A stretch of DNA of 63,324 nt, filler included, from Octopus bimaculoides (Eukaryota), in assembly GCF_001194135.2 (NCBI RefSeq). It is 5 parts of 5 records of this genome, joined end to end, with 100 filler letters (N's around TTAATTAATTAA, not from the genome) between each part and the next. Parts side by side here need not be neighbours in the genome. Positions count along the whole stretch, not along the records: positions 51,147 to 55,005 come from NW_026358867.1; positions 55,106 to 63,324 come from NC_069000.1; 3 more parts are not named here. One strand, given 5' to 3'. Positions within the stretch are counted from its first letter, which is position 1. Every line of letters begins with the position of its first letter. The notes under the pieces were generated by a model, which searched no databases, was not told where the DNA came from, and saw only the letters and a list, made by a program, of their open reading frames with translations. A program made the position numbers and the translations under genes. Positions 54,053 through 63,324 of this stretch are shown here, piece after piece.

Positions 54053-55268
54053 NNNNNNNNNNNNNNNNNNNNNNNNNNNNNNNNNNNNNNNNNNNNNNNN
54101 NNNNNNNNNNNNNNNNNNNNNNNNNNNNNNNNNNNNNNNNNNNNNNNNNNNNNNNNNNNNNNNNNNNNNNNNNNNNNNNNNNNNNNNNNNNNNNNNNNNN
54201 NNNNNNNNNNNNNNNNNNNNNNNNNNNNNNNNNNNNNNNNNNNNNNNNNNNNNNNNNNNNNNNNNNNNNNNNNNNNNNNNNNNNNNNNNNNNNNNNNNNN
54301 NNNNNNNNNNNNNNNNNNNNNNNNNNNNNNNNNNNNNNNNNNNNNNNNNNNNNNNNNNNNNNNNNNNNNNNNNNNNNNNNNNNNNNNNNNNNNNNNNNNN
54401 NNNNNNNNNNNNNNNNNNNNNNNNNNNNNNNNNNNNNNNNNNNNNNNNNNNNNNNNNNNNNNNNNNNNNNNNNNNNNNNNNNNNNNNNNNNNNNNNNNNN
54501 NNNNNNNNNNNNNNNNNNNNNNNNNNNNNNNNNNNNNNNNNNNNNNNNNNNNNNNNNNNNNNNNNNNNNNNNNNNNNNNNNNNNNNNNNNNNNNNNNNNN
54601 NNNNNNNNNNNNNNNNNNNNNNNNNNNNCACTGGGCTCCACACCTTCAAACACACACACACATACACAAACATGTATACATATGCATATACATAGAAGTA
54701 CATATGTATGTGTATGCATGTATGGCAACCATTTTTACGTCTATTTTCCATGCTAGCATGGGTTAGATGAATATATATTTGATGCATTTTTTACTTCTGG
54801 ATCCCATTCATGTCCTTAATCCTTACTAGTTGCTCGAGTTAGGGATCTCTTATTCCAATGGTCTATTCATCAACAGGAGAAATGATAACAATCTAATCAC
54901 CCATAGCTAAGAAATTGTCAGAGACAGCAAATGTAAAGACACACACACACATGCTTGTGTGTGTGTGTGTGTGTGACCAATGAGAATGTGATAAGCACAG
55001 CAATGNNNNNNNNNNNNNNNNNNNNNNNNNNNNNNNNNNNNNNNNNNNNTTAATTAATTAANNNNNNNNNNNNNNNNNNNNNNNNNNNNNNNNNNNNNNN
55101 NNNNNTGCAACATAAAGAATATACCCCTTCATCAGTTGTCCCTGTTTCATCTACTCCGCGTTTCGAAGGCAAGGACAATACGGGACTTCGTTGAAACAGT
55201 CCTTCCCTCAAAGAAAATTAAATAAAATTTGTGTGCGTCTGTGTGTGTGTGTGTCTGTGTGTGTGTGC

Positions 55269-55309
<41 letters not shown>

Positions 55310-55390
55310 CGCGTGTGCGTGTGTGTGCGTGTGGATATGTTATGTATAATATTAACGTGTTATCTTTCTCTGTTCTTCATCTTATTCCAG

Positions 55391-55619
55391 TACAACGAGA
55401 ATTGTGTGAACATTATGGCTACTGATGATGGTTTGACGATCGTACTACTCGGAGTAGCAGTCGGTGCTCTAATTGGAGGGATGCTGGCAGACATTCTTGG
55501 CCGAAGACCTATCATGTTCATCTCTATGGCTCTGGCACTGATCTTCCAAATATTAATGGTTACAGTAAAAACATGTCTCACCTTCGCCACGCTTCGAACA
55601 CTGTGCGGAGTTTTCTCAG
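55391..55619 (+). CDS. SLC22/organic-cation-transporter-like MFS protein, internal exon A
   Basis: Acceptor cttattccag| phase 0; MFS motif A GGMLADILGRRP; FATLRTLCG; donor TCAG|gtgctg phase 1. Confidence 0.9.
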
Positions 55620-55684
55620 GTGCTGTGAAGCGTCGTTGATACCTATCTATCTATCTATCTATCTTATCTATCTATCTATATCTA

Positions 55685-55737
<53 letters not shown>

Positions 55738-55771
55738 ATCTATCTATCTATTTATCTATCTACCTACCTAC

Positions 55772-55850
<79 letters not shown>

Positions 55851-56357
55851 CCTGTCTATCTATCTATCTCTCTCGAAACACAATTAACCCAGCATTAAAA
55901 AAAACAAACAAGCATCTTTCATCTTGTTAAATATTCATCACGTAATTCGTTTATTCATATTTTTAAATAAACAAAGAAATTTCAGGAAGAGAAATACAAA
56001 TAGAGATCGAAGTTAAACTCGGATCGAACGACACTAAACTAAGTTCAAATCAATGAAGTCAAAGATCGTACAACATTGATTTATCGATCTAAATGAAGCT
56101 CTTGTTATTGAAATAGAATTAAGTCACGTTCTTACATTGAAATTTTTTTTGTTTGCATTAATTTTTTTTGTTAAATATTTTTCCATTCCCAAATCTCTCT
56201 CATTAATTCACGCACCCTCCCCTCTTATCCATTAAATCTCTTATGCTAGTCGGATTCTCCTATCTAAACAATTTTCCCAATTTGATCTTTGACTGACATC
56301 ATACGTCCACAGAATCCTCATCAGCATCCCACCCCACTAGAGTGTAGACCGTGAAGA

Positions 56358-56396
<39 letters not shown>

Positions 56397-57169
56397 AGTA
56401 TGTATGTATTTTACATACTAATAGACAGATGTTGTGTTTAAGAGGACGACAGAATAGAACAGACCTGGTTGTAGGTCATTTTACAGTTTTGTGATAGCTG
56501 TTTCATCTTCAAGTATGGCTTAGTGAAGAGATGAAAAAAAAATAGTATCAAATAAAAGATTTAATGCAAAATATAATATGAAAGCGAACAATATGCCATT
56601 CGTGGATTAAAGTAAGATCGATATCGATACAGAAGATACTGTTGTGGAGAAAAAAAAAAGGTAAAGGATGTGGGGGATGGTTAGCGATGAAAGGTTGCGA
56701 CTAGAAAGCTAAAAGTATTCTGAAGAGAAAACCTTCACAGGAAACCGGACTTTCTCTAGAGTTCGCTATAGCTTTTGGTATAAAGACAGGATATATATAA
56801 CACGACAGCATTAAGCTATTGTTTTAGCATAAAAAAAGGAACTAAAAAAACAGAACTGCCCTTAAATGATGTTCAGGAAAAAGAAACTAAATAACAGAAT
56901 TGACCTCAAATAACAAGAGCAACGAAATATTGCTCTTGTTGTGTAAACAGTTCAATGGTGTGTATGTGCGTGTGTGTGATTGTATTTATCTAATGACAGT
57001 GAAAAAGTGTCTGAGATCTTACGTTTAGCTGTAGACTGTCACTAAATAACCATTAGTTCTAGGAAGTATGTTTATCTAAAGATAGTGGGATGAGTACTTC
57101 CGGCACTAAGTTCAGTTTATAGATCGTCACTAAATAACCACCAATTCTTATGTGAATGTGTATTTGGTG

Positions 57170-57620
57170 ATAAAAGCATCAGAGATGCCGTGCTTCACAC
57201 GAAAACCGCAGATACTACTCAGCGGTATTGCAAGCTCTTCTTAAAATTCCATCGTAATGTTGGAAACCTTTCCTTACTCTCGTCAGGTATTTCATGTCAC
57301 AAGCGTTTCGCCTCTTCACTCGTACTCTTCGTCTGAGTCGGGCAGAAAGGACTAAATTAGTTTTCCCCTGCGAAAGGGTTCCACTTGCGGCTTCTTATCC
57401 GCTGCAACCACCTTCAGCTGGTTTCAGTTACCGTGATTTTCTCCTTGGTGGCTCTTTCCAGTAACTTGGGTTCCAGATCAATCTTCTGCAGGAAATAGAA
57501 CATCGATCTAGCGGGAAAGCAGCAACTAGACTCCAGTAGGGAGTGAGGCCGCGTGCCATCTCTTGCCAAGGGCTTCGTCAATCAAGTTCTGACCCTGCAG
57601 CAAAGTATCCCTAAACTCTG
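57170..57620 (-). mobile_element. 3' end of an R2-group (Hero-like) non-LTR retrotransposon, restriction-like endonuclease region
   Basis: Frameshifted DEALGKRWHAASLPTGV / CFPARSMFYFLQKIDLEPKLLERATKE...S*RWL resembles the RLE C-terminus 'GW.A...P.EVGCRGF..RS......A...A...SRWLW'. Confidence 0.7.
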
Positions 57621-57684
57621 GGTTTAGCTGCAAACCGTCACTAGATAACCGCCAATTCTAGGGAGTATGCTTATCTAAAGCCAC

Positions 57685-57835
57685 AGTTTTTCGTCTACCA
57701 AATCTACTCAAAAGGTTATGGTCGGCCCAAGGCTATAGTATAAGACACTCGGCCAACGTGCCGCCACGCAGTAGGACTGAACCCAAGACCACAGGGTTCA
57801 AAAGTAAGCTTCTTAACCACACAGCTACCCCTGTG
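57685..57835 (-). mobile_element. SINE family B head, diverged
   Basis: Homology to 7910-8061. Confidence 0.75.
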
Positions 57836-58285
57836 CCGATTGATGAAAAAAAAAAAAGAATTAATCTGTGCATCTGTTTAATTTTTCCTTCTACAAGCCC
57901 ATCTCAACTTTTTAAACCTGCGAATATACTTTAGCAGGTGCAATTTCGTTTCACTACACTTCTACAAGGTGCAAAAGCCGGTGGTTACACGGCCACATGC
58001 TTTTGTGTTTAACAATTAGCCGAAACCTCATCATTTTTAGCCGTAAACACAAGACCATGTGGCTTTGTCGTCTTCCAGGTGTATTACAGTCAAACGAGAT
58101 CTCATTCGTCAAAGCGTTTTCGCAGTTCCAAAGCGTTAATCTAATTAAAGATGACATTTTGCTTGCTCCCTTTTCAATTTTTAAAAGTCTCGCCTCCCCC
58201 ACCCCCAAAATGCCATATTAAACCACACCGAACTGTGATAGAACTATTTTGCCTCCACTCAACCGATTCTTTCTTATATTTCCAG

Positions 58286-58478
58286 GTGGTTTTCTTGTAA
58301 TCAGCATTGTGTTACCTCTGGAAGTTGTAGGTCGTCGATGGAGAGATTTCTGTGTCTGTTTGTGGATTTGGGCTCTCGGATTACCCATCATTTCATTCGA
58401 GGCTGCCATTGTGAACGGATGGCGGAACATTGCGCTCACCAGTGGCTTGGTAGGACTGCCCTTTCTAGGACTCTACTT
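58286..58478 (+). CDS. SLC22-like transporter, exon B
   Basis: ttatatttccag|GT phase 1; GFLVISIVLPLEVVGRRWR...GWRNIALTSGL; donor TT|gtaagt phase 2. Confidence 0.92.
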
Positions 58479-59199
58479 GTAAGTCTCCTAACATTTTCTT
58501 TCTTTCTTTCTTTCATCATCATCATCATCATCATCATCATCTTTCACACCATCTTCGTTGTTACTGCCACCACTACTGTGACACCTACTCACACCATTTC
58601 TACCACCGACATCCTATCTACCATCACCACCGTTACTAACAACACCAAACAAACTACCACCAAATGCAACAACAACAACAACAAAGACATGAAAAAGTAA
58701 AAACAGTAATTTTTCTGCGAATATTAAAGACAAAGGGGAGATAATTCAAGAAATTAAGTACGAATTTTTCGGCATAAATTTATATGCTTAAGGAAAATAC
58801 TGACGTTTATTAGCAAGTAAGGTAATAGCTATGGGCATGTTTCGGTTTTATTCTCAATTCCTCAGCGAGGCACAACCAATAGTCAAACCTACTTGATATG
58901 AAGACAGAAGATCTTTATTTTTACATGTAGTTAAGGTTGAGCTAAAGAAAAGTTCCATTAGCCACAATTACATTACTCTACTCCGTATTACATGACACTA
59001 CAACGCAACGCAACGTATTTCGGTTACGTAACACTTTTATTTATGTTTAAAATGTTTAATATGTGTCAAAAGTGTATAAATCTTGAATTTTGTTTATAAT
59101 TTTATTTCCATTCCTGCTGGACCCCTCTTATTTGTCCACGACAGCTTTTTTTCAATTTGGGAGCAATCATTTTCTTTACCTCCATGCCCAAGATGGAGC

Positions 59200-59345
59200 A
59201 ATCGTTTAGCTGAGCTTAAAGAACACATTCAGTTAGCAGTGCAAGAATTAACTCCTGAAATGCTTCAAAATGTGTTTCACAATGCTAAGGAGTTACTTGA
59301 AGTATGCAGGGATACAGACATGTTGAACATTTACAATAAAAGTTT
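59200..59345 (+). mobile_element. Tc1/mariner transposase C-terminal relic
   Basis: LAELKEHIQLAVQELTPEMLQNVFHNAKELLEVC matches the 'eLk..I...i..i..emL.nV..n...Rl..C' tail. Confidence 0.65.
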
Positions 59346-59562
59346 GACGTAAGATTTAATTGATTATTTGTTTTGGTAATAAACTTAAAATTCTATCATT
59401 GAAACATAGTTAATTCTGGAACACTCTGAATGGTGTAGCGTTGTTAGTCGTTGCGTTGATAGAGTAAATACTAAAATCAAAGGTCTTCTTGCAGTAAACA
59501 GCCCAGCTTTTTGTTAAGCATAGTGTATCAAGGAGTATATTATCCAAAATGTATCTCTCCTT

Positions 59563-59690
59563 TATAGGCGTGGCTGTGTGGTTGAGAAGCTTGCTTTCCG
59601 ACCATGTCGCCTTGGGTTCCGTCCCACTGTGCAGCACTTTGGGAAATTCTCTTTCATTACAGCTCCATGCTCAGCAAAGCCTTGTGTATT
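59563..59690 (+). mobile_element. SINE family B head, diverged
   Basis: ataggcgtggctgtgtggttgagaagcttgct...gggttccgtcccactg. Confidence 0.7.
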
Positions 59691-59849
59691 ACATAATTGC
59701 CATTACTGTATTTATATATTAAATAACACATACAACTCATTATTGTGATATAATAAACAAACAAAAGTTCATGTATGAAATTGATTTCTTTCTACTTCAA
59801 TGATTATATGTTTTTTTTCGTATAAAATGCACACATACAGGAGGAGTAA

Positions 59850-59887
<38 letters not shown>

Positions 59888-59988
59888 ACACTTTGAATGT
59901 GGCTCTCGAGAAAGAGTATAAGTAATTACCAGATCAAGGACGGATATTCCTGCTAGTGTAATATAAAATGTTCGTTATTTCCGGCCAG

Positions 59989-60222
59989 TTTGGTTCCAGA
60001 AAGTTCTCGTTGGTTGACCAGTCTACAACATTTTCAAAAAGCTGAAAACAGCATCAAAGAAATGATATCCTGTAATACAAGAGCTGTACCGAATGTTCTG
60101 GAATTGTGTGATGACACCCGTATTTACGTGATGAGTATCTCCCACCCTCGTCGTCATACTTATCTGGATCTCTTCCATACAGTCACGGTGACCAAATCTA
60201 CATCTGCCGTTTTATACACGTG
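59989..60222 (+). CDS. SLC22-like transporter, exon C
   Basis: ttatttccggccag|T phase 2; PESSRWL (SLC22 PESPRWL signature); TYLDLF; donor TG|gtgagt. Confidence 0.93.
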
Positions 60223-60374
60223 GTGAGTAATAGGCTTGTTTTCTCTTTTAGACGAATCATTTACAATGGGTAGTTGTTTGGGTGGGGCGTTAAGAACTTA
60301 CGATTCGGACGTGTGTGACAACAGGTTCGATTCTGCTGTGCGACACATTGAGAAAGTGCTTCTGTTATAATATT

Positions 60375-60555
60375 TTCTACTCTAAGCACAAGGCCTGTCG
60401 ATTAGATCGACCCCACTACGCAACTGGTACTTAATTTATCGACCCCGGAAAGTTGAAAGGCAATGTCGACCTCGGCGGAATTTGAACTCAGAACGTAAAG
60501 ACAGACGAAAAACTGCTAAGCATTTCACCCGGCGTGCAAACGTTTCTGCCAGCTT
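60375..60555 (-). mobile_element. SINE family A
   Basis: Consensus motifs in reverse orientation. Confidence 0.85.
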
Positions 60556-61045
60556 AGTGCTTCTGTTATAATACGTCGGGATGGAACTAAGTCTTGTGTG
60601 TGTGATATAGGGTGAACGGAAACTATGCGGAATCTCGACCAATAGACTCCATCTGTTTGTCTGCGTGTGTGTGTGTGCGTGCGTGTGACTGTGTGTTTGA
60701 CTCTGTGTGTGTGATTCTTCTGGTTGTCCCTCTGCCAAAACACATCATAACTGCTATTATTGAATGGATCATTACAATGGCCCACAAGTGGAGAAAAGAG
60801 AGAATACTTTGTTAGCATGTGATAACTCCATTCTTCTTCTTCTTCTTCTTCTTCTTCTTCTTCTTCTTCTTCTTCTTCTTCTTCTTCTTCTTCTTCTTCT
60901 TCTTCTTCTTCTTCTTCTTCTTCTTCTTCTTCTTCTTTTTAGTGGGGAGATAACCCAGTTTTTAATGGCAATTTTTTAATGGGGGTGAGATAACCAAAAA
61001 GTATGCCATTATTATTATCGTCTGTTTTTCTTTCTTTCGTTTTAG

Positions 61046-61180
61046 GTTTGTTGGTTGTTTTGTTTATTGTAATTTACTCCACAAAGTGGAAAGTCTCACC
61101 GGAGACCACCATTTTGATATCTTCCTGCCGTTTGTCTTAGACATGCCAATCTGTATGTCAGCCGTTATCATTAACAAATG
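61046..61180 (+). CDS. SLC22-like transporter, exon D
   Basis: ctttcgttttag|G phase 2; (W)FVGCFVYCNLLHKVESLTGDHHFDIFLPFVLDMP...INKW aligns to the TM7-8 consensus WFxxxxxYYGL...L.GN.Y.NF...E.P; donor TG|gtaagt. Confidence 0.9.
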
Positions 61181-61989
61181 GTAAGTACAGCACTTTCACA
61201 CAAAGACTCCTGTTGTTGTTGTGGTTGGTGGTTGTGGTAGTAGGAGTAGTGGTGGTGGTGATGGTGATGGTGGCAGTAGTGGTGGTGGTAGCGGTGGTGG
61301 TGGTGTTGGTGGTGGTAGTGGTAGTGGTGGTGCTATTGTTGTGGTTGTTGTGACGGTGGTTCCATTGGTAATGCTCTGCTGTTGTTGGTGCTCGTCTGTT
61401 GTTTTCGGAGGTGGCGGTGGTGGTGGCGTTGTTTGTATTTGATTTCTTTTTAAAATGAAATACACAGGATTTTTTTTGAAATGGTTTTGAAAAATCTTGC
61501 CTCTCACAATATAGAAACATTTCTCATGGCTCCAGTAGACGAAAGGGAAAAGGCGTTGNNNNNNNNNNNNNNNNNNNNNNNNNNNNNNNNNNNNNNNNNN
61601 NNNNNNNNNNNNNNNNNNNNNNNNNNNNNNNNNNNNNNNNNNNNNNNNNNNNNNNNNNNNNNNNNNNNNNNNNNNNNNNNNNNNNNNNNNNNNNNNNNNN
61701 NNNNNNNNNNNNNNNNNNNNNNNNNNNNNNNNNNNNNNNNNNNNNNNNNNNNNNNNNNNNNNNNNNNNNNNNNNNNNNNNNNNNNNNNNNNNNNNNAGAA
61801 GATGTCACAGCATGTGACATCCCAGATGAGAGGCCTACGGCCACGGAACGGGGAAATTGTCAAACCGTCAGGCCTTTTACTGTCCTCTCGGTTTAGTTCC
61901 GCTGGTTCGAGCTGGGAAGGAAAGTCTGCGGCGTCTAGGCCATGCTTGCTGGTTGTTGATGCTGTTTAGCTTCCGGTTTAGTCACGACT

Positions 61990-62120
61990 GAACATTTAAA
62001 GCGTCGGCAAAAATGAGTAACGCTGCGATGGACTGGCATCCTGTCCAGCTGGGGAACACATACGCCATTGAAACCGGGAAACCGGGCCCATGAGCCTGGC
62101 TAAGCTTTAAAAGGACGCAT
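61990..62120 (+). mobile_element. SINE 3' part with V-domain-like core
   Basis: gcgatggactggcatcctgtccag...gaaaccgggaaaccgggcccatgagcctgg; inverse of 21090-21200. Confidence 0.6.
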
Positions 62121-62142
62121 TTATATATATAATAACAATAAT

Positions 62143-62413
62143 CCTTGGATGGAATTCATAAACAATTAATGCACCGCTACGCGCGTTTCCACAAATCCCA
62201 TGTCTCTTAAGACCATAGTCCATATTCCTGGGATGATCATAGTGTAGTCTGTAGTATCATGGATTCATTTCCATGAAGATGATCAACACGACGCCCACGG
62301 ATTCTACGGACTTCACTATAACCATCCCAGTCATAGGGACTGTGGTCTTAAGAGACATGCGACATGTGGAAACGTGTAGCGATGCATTAAATAATTATAA
62401 ATTCCATCCATGG
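62143..62413. mobile_element. MITE-like fold-back element with about 78-bp imperfect terminal inverted repeats
   Basis: Left ccttggatggaattcata...atgtctcttaagaccatagtcc pairs with right ggactgtggtcttaagagacatg...ataaattccatccatgg. Confidence 0.85.
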
Positions 62414-62451
<38 letters not shown>

Positions 62452-62679
62452 CCTACATTATATTGGTACATCTTGATGTAACTCTCAAAACTGGTTCACC
62501 AATTACCATCATTAAATTGTGGCCGGTATAATGGAATAGGAGCTTTATTTTCATATTCAAAACGTAAATAAATTTAAAAGATATATATATGTATATATAT
62601 TTGTGTGTGTGTGTGTGTGAGTGAGCGTATGTGCGTGCGTATGATTATGAATACATACATATCCTATACACTATAAGCA

Positions 62680-62860
62680 CGAAGCATGAAATTGGGGAAG
62701 AGGACTAGTTGATTACATCAACCCCCAATGTATCACTGGTACCAAAAGGAAGAAAGGCAAAGTCGACCTCGGCGGAATTTGAACTCAGAGTGTAGCGATT
62801 GGCGAAATTCCGCTAAGCATTTCGTCCGGTGTGCTAACGACTCTGCCAGCTCACCGCCTC
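62680..62860 (-). mobile_element. SINE family A
   Basis: Consensus motifs in reverse orientation. Confidence 0.85.
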
Positions 62861-63112
62861 TATGAATCCACACATATCAACAGACACAGGACACTCATAT
62901 GTTGATAGACACTCACATGATGCACATGCTTGTATTTTAGAGAACGACTGACTGTTAACAGGAAAATTAAACAAGACAAACCAGAACCAGTTGATTCGGT
63001 TTACTGGGAAATAAAACAACAATGAAAGCGCTAAAGAAAAGCAAAACTGTTCACAAAAATACGAACAATCAATATAATGGGAAAAAAACAGAAACCCATT
63101 CAGACACTTTAG

Positions 63113-63145
<33 letters not shown>

Positions 63146-63324
63146 TGCACATACACGCACATGCATACACACCTACAAAGTACTATACACGGATATAAAG
63201 AAAAACGATCATATGATCACACACAGGTGCAAGTGTACCGACCAAGCAGAAATGCACGGGCGCACACATAAACACACACACACACATATAAAATATATGC
63301 ACATAAATATGCATATATATATAT

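Noticed and set aside
58815-58870. Minus-strand CTGAGGA...GAAACATGCC
   Set aside because: Stem I and stem II do not pair; too degenerate to call.

Overview
Eukaryotic, AT-rich draft-assembly window with roughly 8 kb of N gaps and dense microsatellites. The SINE/LINE families match what I recall from Octopus genomes, so the source is probably an octopus (inference). Almost all ORFs in the supplied track are microsatellite or gap artefacts. Manual splicing supports three genes. (1) A 3-exon, 81-aa secreted 8-Cys peptide gene (+; 9595-9655, 9724-9796, 13254-13365) that the ORF track does not show as a unit. (2) The terminal exon of a single-pass FN3-domain membrane protein (-; 36770-37512), with a weak candidate first coding exon at 45249-45288. 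(3) Four phase-compatible exons of a divergent SLC22/MFS transporter (+; 55391-61180), incomplete at both ends. The rest is mobile-element debris: several SINE families, RTE LINE fragments, a Hero/R2-group endonuclease tail, Tc1/IS630 and mariner relics, and MITEs. A short dispersed repeat carries a minimal Penelope-type hammerhead-ribozyme architecture with a shared core variant (U at position 6). No rRNA, intact tRNA or CRISPR array is supportable.
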